From contig CAVZMI010000028.1 in NCBI GenBank assembly GCA_963776275.1, positions 48,868 to 112,867 of the forward strand: DNA of 64,000 bases. Direction: 5' to 3'. The notes beneath the pieces were generated by a model. That model had not been told where the DNA came from and did not search any database. It was given only the letters and a program-made list of their open reading frames with translations. Of the stretch, positions 31,101-42,191 are shown piece after piece (position 1 is the stretch's first letter; each line of letters begins with the position of its first letter). The translations under genes and the position numbers were made by a program. The DNA is from Ignavibacteriota bacterium. Its GTDB lineage: Bacteria; Bacteroidota; Ignavibacteria; UBA10030; CAVZMI01.

Positions 31101-31118
31101 CAATATATCATTTGAATA

Positions 31119-33206
31119 TTATTTTAACAGTATCATCTTCTTTGTTGCGATAAAATTGCCGGCAGTGATTTGATAAAAATACAAACCTGTAGACAACTTA
31201 GAGGCATTAAAAATAATGGAATGTTTACCGGCCTCCTGCTTTGCATCCATCGGCGTGGCAACGACCTGTCCCAGCACGTTGAACACCTTTATCGTAACGA
31301 TCCCGGCCTGCTTAATCTCGTAATCGATCTTCGTTGATGGATTGAAGGGATTGGGATAATTCTGTTCAAGCTTATAGACCAATGGAATTCCCGCTGCCCT
31401 GTTTATAGCATTTGGTGCAGCCGGAGTATGGTTGGTATAATCCCACGCATCGAAGAAGACCGGATCGATACTGCCAAACTGCGATGCGATCGTATCTGTC
31501 GGGTTTGCATCATTGATGTTCTCGATGTGGTTATTCCCGAAGCCGCCCTCGTTATCGCATCCATAGATGCCGAATTTAAACTCCTGTCCGATCGTGTATG
31601 CAGTTGTGTAAGCCTTCTGCAGTGTGAAGATCGAGTCACCAGCTAGGGCATCGCCATGAGTGCCGTCGTCCAACATCTTGCAGGAGTCGAGGGCGCGGCG
31701 ATCTGCACCCCAGGCACCGCCGATATCCCATCCGCCGACTGCAGGGCCGTTCATCCAGACTCCGTAGAGTAATACACTGTCCGGATCGGCAATATTATAG
31801 GTGGTGATGTTTGTCGCTTTGAGTGTATCTCCTGCTTTCAACTGGTAGATCGCAGGACGAACATCGCAGGTATATGTCACCAGTACTGGTTGAGACAATT
31901 TCTTCATATTTTGGAATCTCGGCATACGATGCTCATCGGTCGTCGAGTATACCGTATCTTGAATTGTCAGAGTTTTGCTTGACATCGTGAACCGGCGTTT
32001 CTCTGCAAATGCACTGGTTCCGGGATTTGCGAAGTTGTAGTAGATCTCCCGGACTTCCCCGCTCTTGGGAGTTCTATAGTATTGATAATAGAGTGGTGTA
32101 CCAAGAATTGTCTTAACGGTAACGGTACCCGAGAATTTTGAGGATGTACCGACCCTCAACAGTCTCTTTTCAAGTATCGATGCAGCACTGTTATTGTATC
32201 CGGTACGTACAACGAGTGTATCGTTGTAGACAAATCCGTTTTCTGAAATTGCCTGAGCAAGATCTGCGCGGAAAGTTATTGCTACGTTGTCCGTGCCGGA
32301 GAATGGTGGTATTGGTGTGTTTTGCCACCATTTCCAATAGAGGGTTGTATCCGGCATGTCGGGACGGAATTTGAAGAAACGATTCCCGTCTCCTCCTACG
32401 TCAGGAGCAGCACCGATATTATTTTCATATGCCGGGTCTGTAGCCGAATCAGCTGTGGCGGGAAGGATGACAAATTTATAATGAACAGTATCCGCCGCGG
32501 CACTTTTCGGGAATTTTACAAATCCCGACCAAAAGTTTGTTCCGTCATAATTGCTACCATTGCCGTGAACTGCCTCTTTCGTGAGGAAAGTTGTCCTGTC
32601 CCATGATAACGGCGCCATACTGCCCCGGACACCCAACTTCATCGTCGTTTTGCTGAAGCCTTCATTTGACTGCATATTAACCCGGAACATCACAGCGACA
32701 CTGTCATTCGAAGGGACATACGGTTTCCACCATTGAGGTTCCGTAAATCTGCCGTTGACGTACTGAAGAGCAAGCGTCGTATCTTTATTTCCGGTATATG
32801 GACCGATGGTAAGCCACCGATTGCCTCCGGCATTCGTGAGAGCGCTTTCCCAACTTTGTCCATCAGCAAAAGTGACAGAATCTTTCGAATTTGTCCAAAA
32901 CTTGTACTCAATCTTCATCGTATCGCCACGATTGAGTAAAAATGGTACCGTCGCTCTCCAGTAGTCGCCGCCGATATTAACTGCATGAATCTCAGTACTA
33001 TCATTCCAGTACAACGGTAATTTGTTGCCACGTACCTGCACCGTCGAAGTCGATCGAAGTGTATCCGGAACAGTCGCCGTATTGGCATTTAATATGACGG
33101 TTACTGTATCTGTAACAACCGCCCTGTTTTTTGCCGGTTGTGCAGTTGCCGCAAATCCCCACAGGACAATACACATGAGGATAAAAATAGTAATTCTGGT
33201 TCTCAT
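31119..33206 (-). CDS. T9SS-secreted protein with repeated CBM20-like beta domains (putative alpha-glucan binding)
   Basis: Signal peptide; VRGNKLPLYW / VRGSMAPLSW with EYKF/HYKF/EFKF repeats; DDGTHGD motif; LEQNYPNPFNPST...KKMILLK. Confidence 0.8.
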   Translation of the reverse strand: MRTRITIFILMCIVLWGFAATAQPAKNRAVVTDTVTVILNANTATVPDTLRSTSTVQVRGNKLPLYWNDSTEIHAVNIGGDYWRATVPFLLNRGDTMKIEYKFWTNSKDSVTFADGQSWESALTNAGGNRWLTIGPYTGNKDTTLALQYVNGRFTEPQWWKPYVPSNDSVAVMFRVNMQSNEGFSKTTMKLGVRGSMAPLSWDRTTFLTKEAVHGNGSNYDGTNFWSGFVKFPKSAAADTVHYKFVILPATADSATDPAYENNIGAAPDVGGDGNRFFKFRPDMPDTTLYWKWWQNTPIPPFSGTDNVAITFRADLAQAISENGFVYNDTLVVRTGYNNSAASILEKRLLRVGTSSKFSGTVTVKTILGTPLYYQYYRTPKSGEVREIYYNFANPGTSAFAEKRRFTMSSKTLTIQDTVYSTTDEHRMPRFQNMKKLSQPVLVTYTCDVRPAIYQLKAGDTLKATNITTYNIADPDSVLLYGVWMNGPAVGGWDIGGAWGADRRALDSCKMLDDGTHGDALAGDSIFTLQKAYTTAYTIGQEFKFGIYGCDNEGGFGNNHIENINDANPTDTIASQFGSIDPVFFDAWDYTNHTPAAPNAINRAAGIPLVYKLEQNYPNPFNPSTKIDYEIKQAGIVTIKVFNVLGQVVATPMDAKQEAGKHSIIFNASKLSTGLYFYQITAGNFIATKKMILLK

Positions 33207-33287
33207 ATTTTTTGCTCCTTTCTTATTGAAAAATATGTTATTGGATTTGTTTCGAGCAATTATTTTCATTCAAACCATTGTAGACTT

Positions 33288-34322
33288 TTAAAAGGATACC
33301 GATACAGCAAATGTGTTTATATTCCCGAATCGTCCAAACTGTTGATAGGCATAATTCACTTCCAATCCCATGGAACCCGGCTGGGCATATTTCACACCCA
33401 CTCCAAGAGTCAATCCTTCTTCCGAATCGGTCTGGAAAAGAGATTTGTATCCACCTCGCAGAGAAACAATATTCGATATTGTCGCTTCAGCTCCAACATT
33501 GACCACTTCCACGTTATCGCTGGGACGAAGTGCATCGCATTCAATAGTGAGTCCTACGGATTCATTCTTCAAAATATCCATTGCGAGTCCTACACGGAAT
33601 AACAATGGAATTGGCCAAGGGTCGGTATTCAATTTTGCTACATTGAGTTTGTTGGAACCCGCGTTACTTGGATCGATATCGATAATTTTCTTAAGATCGC
33701 GTCCGTCCATCGTCATGTTACCGCCAAAATTTGATATGGACATTCCCAGACGCATGTCATAAAATCCTGTGACAAAAAGCAACCCGATATCGAAGGCAAA
33801 CGAGCTTGCAGACTCGTTCCAGATCGACTGGTTGATATACTTTGCAGAGCCTCCGATTGAAAAGTGGTCGGTCAGAATACGGGAGTATGAAAGTGCCACG
33901 GCGAAATCCTGTGCGGACCATCGTTCCCCCGTTCCATCAGGATTGTCCGGCGTTGTAACTTCTTCCTCGCCGTAATCAAGTTGTGTTACACTTAAACCGA
34001 AGGCGTTCGTTCCATCAATATTCACCATTGCCGCCAGCCATCGCAACTTGGTCCCGATAAGCCAATCTGTTTGTGAAAAAAGCACTTCCGATTTCCGGGC
34101 TTGCGAGAATGCTCCGGGATTAAAGTAGATCGTGCCCACGTCGGACGATGCTGCGACCGATGTTCCGCCCATACCCAGAGCACGCGCCCCGACCGTAATG
34201 CCTAGGAATTGAGCTGCCGTTGTGCCAATTTTAGCCTGCGCGACAGACTCTGAATGACCTAATAAAAATACACATGCGAATGCCGCCAGAGTTCCGAGTT
34301 CTTTGTAGATTCTGTGCATCAT
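33288..34322 (-). CDS. PorV/PorQ family outer-membrane protein
   Basis: FLGITVGARALGMG, IYFNPG, beta-strands, terminal Phe. Confidence 0.88.
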   Translation of the reverse strand: MMHRIYKELGTLAAFACVFLLGHSESVAQAKIGTTAAQFLGITVGARALGMGGTSVAASSDVGTIYFNPGAFSQARKSEVLFSQTDWLIGTKLRWLAAMVNIDGTNAFGLSVTQLDYGEEEVTTPDNPDGTGERWSAQDFAVALSYSRILTDHFSIGGSAKYINQSIWNESASSFAFDIGLLFVTGFYDMRLGMSISNFGGNMTMDGRDLKKIIDIDPSNAGSNKLNVAKLNTDPWPIPLLFRVGLAMDILKNESVGLTIECDALRPSDNVEVVNVGAEATISNIVSLRGGYKSLFQTDSEEGLTLGVGVKYAQPGSMGLEVNYAYQQFGRFGNINTFAVSVSF

Positions 34323-34334
34323 GGCTGACTCCGA

Positions 34335-37300
34335 TTACTTTATAATCGCAATTTTGCCGGTTTTAGTACCCACCGGCGATTCCACTACATAGAAATATAT
34401 CCCATAAGCGATGTCGAGATTTTCTTTAGTTTTCAGATTCCATGAAACATGCCCGTCTTCTATATTGCCGTCATGAAAGAGAGAAATAACGTGATCACCA
34501 CGTGATGTGTAGATATGAATTTTTGCAAATGCCGGCAAATGAATGAAATCGATCCGGCGGATACGACCGCTTGTAACACTGGGTGGTAGCGGCGGTTCAA
34601 GTGTCGAAGCCGAAACGTACGGGTTCGGAACTACACGAATTCTCGACAATGCATCCTGCGTTATGGAATTGTCCAGCTTCGGTTTTGTTGTAATAAATGT
34701 AAGCGTATCACCCTGTTCGAACGGTTTCGATGTAATGATCCGCAGGGTATCATCTTTATGATAGGGGATCAATTTTCCATCGTTGGAATCGAAAAAAAAT
34801 TCCCATGTGTAGCTGTATCCGCCTCGCGGATCTTTTTCATAGAGAAAAATATCATCCTTAGGCGCCAGTCTTCCACGGTTGATAAAATTCAGAGTGGTAT
34901 AACTAAATTTTACGAATGTCTTTTCCGTCTTATTATAGATTCTGAAATTTGTGGGTATTGGATCCGAGGCCAGAGTCGTATCTGCATATGATGTATCAAT
35001 AAATGCGGTCGAATCGAATATGAACTCATAGTCGGAAGGTTTTTTAAAACCGTGGGCTAACGGTTCTTGCAGTCCATTATACAAATCGATGAGGTACATG
35101 CTCAGGCGGTATGCCGGTTTTGTGCTGGTCCATTTTGTCAATGAATCGACCTTTTCCACCTCCCATGGATTGTTGAAGACGAGTTCCACTCCATCGAATA
35201 CATCAGCATCTTTACTATCGGTCGCAAATGGTGTTCCGCGGATATACTTACTCTGATAAACCGGATAGTATTGATACTTGATAGTACACTGTCCTGTCGG
35301 GAGTGTCCCGCTGTGCTTTCCTCGAATTTGGCCTGTTTTAAGGTTCAATTTGTACAGGGAATCAGAAATAAGTATCCCCTGATTATCATAAACGGCAATC
35401 GTTCCCGGTACAAAATTCTTACGCCGTAGTGTGACAACTGTAGTATCAACAAAACTGAATTCTTCGCTTTGTTCGCTTAAATCTCTCACGCTGTAACTCG
35501 TTGTCCTGCGATCCCATTCGCTAGAATCAGCCAGATCGATAAGTCCGTTATCATTATTGTCGATCCCATCCACCTGTGTGTCGAGAAATTCTACCCTGTA
35601 ACGATTGCCTGTGATTTTCGTATTATCATCCACTTTGAAGTAAGCGTCTCCCGTCCCGGCACCGGAAAGATGATCGAGTAGTACTCCATCAGTCGGACGA
35701 AGATAGTCGAGAGTCTTTGCATTCGGCACAACCACAGTGCAGTTCTGACCGACGGACACCTCGCCTGAAGGTGAAATTGATACATTGATTTTATTCTCGG
35801 CGGGAAGAATTTCTAAATATTCATCACCGTGATTATAAGCAACCAGTGTATAATAATAGGTTCTTCCATTCTGAACGGAACTATCAACATAACTGTGCAC
35901 AATCCCGTTATCGCTCCCGAGGTAATACGCATACCCTGAAATGTCGCTGAACAACTGACCGGAAGAATGGAAATATCCGGTGATCCCGTCTTTTAAGTCG
36001 TATTGTTTTAATGGCTGGTATCCGACTGCTGAACCGGAACCATCCGTAATCGTGAGTATATCGTTAAAAGTCGGATCTGTGAACCGATAGAGTTTATATC
36101 CTTCAAATGTCTTGGTTTGAAGGAGAGGATCGATTGTTTCTTCCGCAACTCGATCCCAGTAGAGCGTCACCTGTTTGTCACCCGGAACTGCTGTAAGGGT
36201 CGGAAGGTCCGGAGGTTGGGGGAATTGATAGTTTGCGTCATAAATCTTTTGAACGGTTTTTTTATTCTTCAACAGGTCGGCAACATCAACATCATATCCC
36301 TGTCGTTTGCCTCCTCCGTACACCAGAGCGAGAGAAAATCGTTCGGTTTTCTTCGCCCGTAGTGGAAAATACCCTGAACCGTAAATAAAATCTCCGTCTG
36401 CGCCATCAACAGGCTTGTTATTTTGAATCACATTTGGTACATCGAAGAACCCCGGTGCCAGGTATACCCACATGGTATCTTTGTCACCCATTTTAAAGTT
36501 ACCGGCAGGGGTAAAGTAGAAGAAACTTGTCAGGCCAATTTGATCGGATTCCTTGACATCAGTTTTATCGACACGAGGTTCTCCCGGAAGACCTGTGTCA
36601 TTTCCAAGATCATCATAACCGGAGGTTGGTTGGCCGTCGCCTTCGCCAAAGTCGCCTGTGTTCGCGACACCATCTCTGCCGATATCATCGTGAAGGATGT
36701 TCCAGTTCCTGTTGTTGTCGATCCTATCATCACGCCGTTCATCGATCATACTATAAGGATTGCTTCCAATGCCTGTTGAATAATCGATGTACGCTACAGC
36801 GCGTGGGAGATTAAAAAGGACTATTCCCTCTTTTGTTCTTTTTACCTGTAGAAAATGCAGATAGTAATTTTCATCGATAAGGCCGTCGTAATCATTGTCG
36901 ATGCCATCATAGGCATTTGGATTGATAGATTTATCACTCTGTACATTCCCTTCGCTCACCCGTGTCGTTCCCGGATAGATCCATCGAGTCAGTCCGCGAG
37001 TCGTGATCTGAACCGAATCAAGGGAAGGAATCGTATAGATATACCGGCTGTAATCATCCCGGATTAATATAATTTGCATACCCGGAGTAAGGAGGGTCGA
37101 ATCGAAGCTTGCCGAAGTGAATTTCGGTGCAAGCATTCCTGTCAAAGAAGAGTCGGCATCACCGTCATTATCGATTCCATCATATGGATTGCCCGGACTC
37201 TCAAGAAAAGCGTACCCGACAAGCCCGACTCCGCTGCACGGTGTCGGCTGCCAGAGCGGATTGTTCATGCACCGGCTCTGAATTCCCTTTATATCGCCGG

Positions 37301-38195
37301 TATAAGTGAGATTGTTCGTCACATCAAAAAAAGACCAGTCGTCTTCATACTCATGGTAATTCTCGGTTGATGTCACTCCGACATAGGTCCCGACAAGCAT
37401 TCCGAACACCGCCCGGTCGTAATTTGTAGTTCCTGTATTTGTGATTTCATACAGCCAGAAAATATTATCCTTCGCCAGAAATTGTGCCCATTGCATTGCA
37501 CGGACACTCATCACCAGGCCGAGTCCGTTCCTGTTCGAATTAGTCGAATCGGGTTTGAATGCCACTCCTATAGAATTGTTACCTGCATTATTGTATCGCT
37601 CGTCATTATTATCATCCATCACGAAATATGTTTCCAGATCGGCGTTCTTACGGTTTTTACCAAAATAGCCATTCCAGGAATTGGGCCAGCCCGGATCGTT
37701 GAGATCCTGCAATTTATCAGGCCATGCCGTCGGCCATGTAGTTTTATCATCACTCATGGCGACCTTTTCTTTCGTTGCGTTAAAATATCCCGCCTCAGGC
37801 TCGAATGTCCAGTATTTTCCTGTCCGTTGATCTATATCCCTTAATAGTGTCGGCCGGTTTATCGGGCAGGTGGCGACAGAGTGGAATGTGGAATTCGGCG
37901 TTTGTATCCATTGATCGTTTTTGTATACTGAGTCGTACCATATCTCGGCACCGACCAATGGGCTTACGTCTCCAAGGTATCCGTTGTTGGGATATTTCCA
38001 CGCACCACGGTGTCCTTGCTCCTCCGGTTGGCCGATGACGCCCCAGTTGCCGAACACTGTTTGCACCTGATTCCCGTTCATAATCGCAGTTCGCCGATAG
38101 ATACGTCCGCTGGGCTGCTGTGTCTGCGCGAGGACGCTCGGGATGCCGATGAATACGAATGAATACAATAATAGGGTACGAATGATGTTCTTCAT
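34335..38195 (-). CDS. large secreted protein with Ca-binding DGxDND repeats, FN3-like domain and VVPNPY-type C-terminal sorting domain
   Basis: DGIDNDGD, DGIDNDYDG, DGIDNNDNG; LTAVPGDKQVTLYWD; IRVVPNPY...GIYFYVVE...GKIAIIK. Confidence 0.85.
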   Translation of the reverse strand: MKNIIRTLLLYSFVFIGIPSVLAQTQQPSGRIYRRTAIMNGNQVQTVFGNWGVIGQPEEQGHRGAWKYPNNGYLGDVSPLVGAEIWYDSVYKNDQWIQTPNSTFHSVATCPINRPTLLRDIDQRTGKYWTFEPEAGYFNATKEKVAMSDDKTTWPTAWPDKLQDLNDPGWPNSWNGYFGKNRKNADLETYFVMDDNNDERYNNAGNNSIGVAFKPDSTNSNRNGLGLVMSVRAMQWAQFLAKDNIFWLYEITNTGTTNYDRAVFGMLVGTYVGVTSTENYHEYEDDWSFFDVTNNLTYTGDIKGIQSRCMNNPLWQPTPCSGVGLVGYAFLESPGNPYDGIDNDGDADSSLTGMLAPKFTSASFDSTLLTPGMQIILIRDDYSRYIYTIPSLDSVQITTRGLTRWIYPGTTRVSEGNVQSDKSINPNAYDGIDNDYDGLIDENYYLHFLQVKRTKEGIVLFNLPRAVAYIDYSTGIGSNPYSMIDERRDDRIDNNRNWNILHDDIGRDGVANTGDFGEGDGQPTSGYDDLGNDTGLPGEPRVDKTDVKESDQIGLTSFFYFTPAGNFKMGDKDTMWVYLAPGFFDVPNVIQNNKPVDGADGDFIYGSGYFPLRAKKTERFSLALVYGGGKRQGYDVDVADLLKNKKTVQKIYDANYQFPQPPDLPTLTAVPGDKQVTLYWDRVAEETIDPLLQTKTFEGYKLYRFTDPTFNDILTITDGSGSAVGYQPLKQYDLKDGITGYFHSSGQLFSDISGYAYYLGSDNGIVHSYVDSSVQNGRTYYYTLVAYNHGDEYLEILPAENKINVSISPSGEVSVGQNCTVVVPNAKTLDYLRPTDGVLLDHLSGAGTGDAYFKVDDNTKITGNRYRVEFLDTQVDGIDNNDNGLIDLADSSEWDRRTTSYSVRDLSEQSEEFSFVDTTVVTLRRKNFVPGTIAVYDNQGILISDSLYKLNLKTGQIRGKHSGTLPTGQCTIKYQYYPVYQSKYIRGTPFATDSKDADVFDGVELVFNNPWEVEKVDSLTKWTSTKPAYRLSMYLIDLYNGLQEPLAHGFKKPSDYEFIFDSTAFIDTSYADTTLASDPIPTNFRIYNKTEKTFVKFSYTTLNFINRGRLAPKDDIFLYEKDPRGGYSYTWEFFFDSNDGKLIPYHKDDTLRIITSKPFEQGDTLTFITTKPKLDNSITQDALSRIRVVPNPYVSASTLEPPLPPSVTSGRIRRIDFIHLPAFAKIHIYTSRGDHVISLFHDGNIEDGHVSWNLKTKENLDIAYGIYFYVVESPVGTKTGKIAIIK

Positions 38196-38197
38196 AA

Positions 38198-41104
38198 TTA
38201 AAACTCCAAGTTCATACCAAGTTCGATACGACGTGGTTCAGAGTATCTCGTAGGATCTGTGAACCATTGATCTACGGTATTGACAAGTGGTTGTGTTGTT
38301 CTTGCAATTTTTTCATCAAGGGAATAATCGGAACGTCCGGTTGAAGGATAAACATTCGTTTGATTCCGGGTATCAAACAGATTGAATACACGGGTGAACA
38401 AGACTATTTTCACGGGGTTGAAGTTGATCTGATAAAATGCTCGAAGATCACAATTGAGCGACGCCGGTTTGGTTTGACTATTTGTGACCAACGTGGAGAC
38501 AGTCCCGCTGTATTGAAGAGCAGGAGTATATGGTGTCCCGGAGCCGTATTGTATAATGGTACTTGCACCCCATGTATCCGTTGAATAGTTGATTGATACG
38601 TTCAAGGTATGCCGTTGATCCCAATCCAAAGGAACCATCTCAATGTCAGGAAGCGCTCCGCCTGATTTTGCATTTCGGGCCTGTTGAGGATCGGATGCAG
38701 TTCCTGATGCAATCTGATATGTATAATCAACTCGTGCAGTGAATCCGGTAGAGAATTTCTTATCGAGTGTCAACACAATACCTTTAACTATTCCGAAGTC
38801 ACTGTTTGTATATTTGTAATATGATCCTCCACCGAAGACATGGATGTTGTCGCCCTGAGTACCAGTCAATCCTCGAATATCACGCATGTACGCTGTTAGA
38901 TCGAAGGCAATGTCTTCGGATAACTGCTGCTGTAAACCAAGTTCCGCGCTGACAGTCAGCTCCGGGGTGAGGTCGGCGTTGCCTACAGTCCCCATGTTGT
39001 CGGAAGTAGACTGGCTGAGTTTAAATCTTGGATTTTCGTAAAGCCGTTCAAATCGTGGAATCTGGAAAAAATGGCCGTACGAGAAGTGAATAATTCCTCT
39101 ATCTGTAAGGGGAAAAGAGACGCCTAACCTCGGGCTCACGGCATACTTTACGGTTGCCGGTTTGAACCAGAAAGCTTCCCGCTCTTGAAGGGTCAAGGGA
39201 TCTCCATTACTGTTAAACCGATGTTCCGGCCGTAACGGATTATCGATGCTCGGATCATCAACAGTGTACATGTAATGAAGAGGATCATCAGGATCCGCGT
39301 GTTCGTCATTCAACACATGTCCATCCGGATTGAAGTAGTCGAACCGCACACCGACATTGACGATGATACTTTGAAATTCCATTTTATCCTGTATGTACCC
39401 AGAAAACTCTTTCGGATGATGTTCATAGAGATCATGTCCCGGAGCCGTGATATCAGGAATTTCAGTCCGCATATAGTACTTTGATTGTGGATTATTGATG
39501 AGGTCGAATCCTGATTGCGACCCTGCTGCAATAAGGGTGATGGCTTCATTTTTTATGATGTGTGAACGATAGTCTAGCCCGAGTTTTATCATATTCATCT
39601 CATCAATTTGACTGGTCAAGTCAAACTTAAGGAGTCCTGTTCGTGTAGAACGATGAGATCTGTCAAGGTCTGTACCGCCGGTCATGAAACTATATGCAGG
39701 TGCAATGGACAATCCGGGATAGACATAATGAGGGCCATTAGGGTCAACGACTTCTACTTGTATATGATCTCCCTGAGTTGTTGTCGAATCCATGTACTGT
39801 AAGTCATAGAGATAGTACTTGTAGTCTTTTAAAAAATAAGATCCTCCAATTGTATAGAAGGTGCTCGAACTGAGCGTGTGATTAAATTGGAAGATCGCTG
39901 TATTGCTTACATTATATTCATTTCCCTTCCCGTCAGGGTTATAGAAATATATCCGGTCATAAAGCGGGTCAAATTTCTTATTTTCTTTATTATCATAGAT
40001 GAAATTTGCCGTGAGCTTCATCAGCGAAGAGATATGCCATGTCATTTTACCCTGGACATAAGACCGCTTGCTCCAATCCATGGGAACAACCGCGCTATCA
40101 CCAAGTCCGTTAGGCACGACTGATATCAATGTGTTGGTGGTATCCGAGGGGTTAGCTTTTCCGACGATAGAGTAATTCCACGGATTGAATCTGCGGAACC
40201 CTTTTTGGTAGCCATTGAAATAGATATATCGGGCATTGGCAAAGAAAGTAAGGTCGCTCGTGAACAGGGGACCGGCCAGGTTCCCTTCGATATCCCGGAT
40301 ATTGGTTGGCTTGAATTTGTTCCCCGGGAAAATACCGTCATTCGATGGGAGATAATCGCCGCCATAAATTCCCAAACCGCCGGTAAATTTATCGCCACCT
40401 TCTTTGGATGATATGTTCACAATACCCGACATCGCCTGGCCGTACTCTGCATTGAAAGCTCCTGATATTACCTGGAGTTCTTGTATAAGACTCTTATTGA
40501 CCTCAACAATTTGAGTACCGTCGTAAGCATCTGTAACAGGTACACCGTCGATCCAGTAGGCTACTTCACCTTTGCGTCCTCCGCGAAGACTTCCTGAAAC
40601 AAATCCTGCCTGTAGGGAAATGATTGCACCGACTTCTGCCACCGGCATAGCGGATATCTCGGTCCCGCTCACAATAGCTGTTTTTGCCGTGAGGTCTTTT
40701 TGTACGAGTGGACGTTCGGCAACAACAATCATCTCCTGACCGACCTGGAGAAGGGTTTCCGATAGTTCCATATTGATGGTTGTAGTTAGATCGCCCCTTA
40801 CAAGAACGCCCGTGGTCTTGGATGGCGAGTATCCGATCATCGTTGCGATGACACTATACTCCTTCGGAGAAATATTGATGATAAAATACTTACCATCAAG
40901 ATCAGTTGTCCCACCAAGAGTAGTGCCTTCCAATCTGACGTTGGCTCCGATGATGGGTTCACCTGTTTTCTTATCTTTGATTACTCCTGCTATCTTTCCA
41001 GTAGAACCGCCGTAAGTGTGCGAGAAGAGGAGAGATAACAATAAAATAAAATTCAATGTTCGTCTCAAGGTGATTCTCCTTTTACACTGATCGTTATCCA
41101 ACAA
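38198..41104 (-). CDS. TonB-dependent receptor with N-terminal carboxypeptidase-regulatory-like domain
   Basis: GKIAGVIKDKKTGEPIIGANV, LRGGR, GAFNAEYG, SPRLG, PRRIELGMNLEF. Confidence 0.93.
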   Translation of the reverse strand: MLDNDQCKRRITLRRTLNFILLLSLLFSHTYGGSTGKIAGVIKDKKTGEPIIGANVRLEGTTLGGTTDLDGKYFIINISPKEYSVIATMIGYSPSKTTGVLVRGDLTTTINMELSETLLQVGQEMIVVAERPLVQKDLTAKTAIVSGTEISAMPVAEVGAIISLQAGFVSGSLRGGRKGEVAYWIDGVPVTDAYDGTQIVEVNKSLIQELQVISGAFNAEYGQAMSGIVNISSKEGGDKFTGGLGIYGGDYLPSNDGIFPGNKFKPTNIRDIEGNLAGPLFTSDLTFFANARYIYFNGYQKGFRRFNPWNYSIVGKANPSDTTNTLISVVPNGLGDSAVVPMDWSKRSYVQGKMTWHISSLMKLTANFIYDNKENKKFDPLYDRIYFYNPDGKGNEYNVSNTAIFQFNHTLSSSTFYTIGGSYFLKDYKYYLYDLQYMDSTTTQGDHIQVEVVDPNGPHYVYPGLSIAPAYSFMTGGTDLDRSHRSTRTGLLKFDLTSQIDEMNMIKLGLDYRSHIIKNEAITLIAAGSQSGFDLINNPQSKYYMRTEIPDITAPGHDLYEHHPKEFSGYIQDKMEFQSIIVNVGVRFDYFNPDGHVLNDEHADPDDPLHYMYTVDDPSIDNPLRPEHRFNSNGDPLTLQEREAFWFKPATVKYAVSPRLGVSFPLTDRGIIHFSYGHFFQIPRFERLYENPRFKLSQSTSDNMGTVGNADLTPELTVSAELGLQQQLSEDIAFDLTAYMRDIRGLTGTQGDNIHVFGGGSYYKYTNSDFGIVKGIVLTLDKKFSTGFTARVDYTYQIASGTASDPQQARNAKSGGALPDIEMVPLDWDQRHTLNVSINYSTDTWGASTIIQYGSGTPYTPALQYSGTVSTLVTNSQTKPASLNCDLRAFYQINFNPVKIVLFTRVFNLFDTRNQTNVYPSTGRSDYSLDEKIARTTQPLVNTVDQWFTDPTRYSEPRRIELGMNLEF

Positions 41105-41149
41105 TTTAATTATAGCCTACATGAATCACGTTTCGTACGGAATCAAATT

Positions 41150-42187
41150 TCACACGGAATTAATTGGCCCCGATGTCCGGCGAACTACGAGTGTCGGAAC
41201 AAAAGTTTTAAGGATCGGTTCTAAATTCTTTTGTTTCATACGTTCAAACAGACGATGAACTGCAAGCGATCCCATCTCCGACATTGGTTGTCTCATGGTG
41301 GTTAATCCTATATGCCGGGCTAATTCGATATCATCGAAGCCAACCAGAGCGATGTCTTCCGGGCATCGAACGCCCTCCTCATCCATTGCCTGAAGAGCGC
41401 CGGACGCTTGAATATCGCTTGTCACAAAAACAGCAGTCGGCCTGGAAACACCAAGGGAAAGAAATTGTTTCATCAGATTATATCCATCTTCATGAGTGAA
41501 TCCATCAAGGTGTGAAGATTTGCTGTGCTTTATCAAACACGGTTCAACGGGAATATCTGCTTTTCTCAATGCCTGTTTAAAACCCTTCAAACGCTCACGG
41601 GCCGGGGGACTTTCAAGATTTGCATTCAAGATGCCAATATGCCGGTGCCCGAGTGATATGAGATGATCTGTTGCAATAGCAGCGCCGCGGACATTTTCAA
41701 CTGTGAACGAATCGAAGTCCGGATGGTAGGTATCAACGAGTACGATAGGGACATGTGAATGGACATATTCGCGGGCAAATTTATCCGGTACCTTCAACGA
41801 AAAGATAAGCATGCCGTCCACTCGACCGCGTACGGTATTTTTCTTTAATGTTCCTTCTGCGTGATCGGGATTCGTGACTCCATGGAGAATGAGATCGCAT
41901 TCGGATTCCGCAAGAGTAGCCTGAACCGCCTGAAGTATTTCGACGAAAAAGAACGTCGTGAAATACGGGATAATCGCGAGGACCGAGTTGGTTCTATTAC
42001 TGGCAAGACCTCGTGCATACGGGTGAGGATGATAATTCATCCTCTTTGCGATGTGAAGAACACGAATCTTCGTGTCGTGTGAAACATTAGGATGGTTGTT
42101 GAAAACACGTGAGACTGTACCTATTCCGACACGTGCTTTTTTCGCGATATCGTAAATGGTCGGTGGCACAATAGAATAATTATTCAA
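41150..42187 (-). CDS. LacI-family transcriptional regulator
   Basis: TIYDIAKKARVGIGTVSRVFN, VGFDDI, LTTMRQP; start may be the GTG at 42169. Confidence 0.95.
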   Translation of the reverse strand: MNNYSIVPPTIYDIAKKARVGIGTVSRVFNNHPNVSHDTKIRVLHIAKRMNYHPHPYARGLASNRTNSVLAIIPYFTTFFFVEILQAVQATLAESECDLILHGVTNPDHAEGTLKKNTVRGRVDGMLIFSLKVPDKFAREYVHSHVPIVLVDTYHPDFDSFTVENVRGAAIATDHLISLGHRHIGILNANLESPPARERLKGFKQALRKADIPVEPCLIKHSKSSHLDGFTHEDGYNLMKQFLSLGVSRPTAVFVTSDIQASGALQAMDEEGVRCPEDIALVGFDDIELARHIGLTTMRQPMSEMGSLAVHRLFERMKQKNLEPILKTFVPTLVVRRTSGPINSV

Positions 42188-42191
42188 TTAA

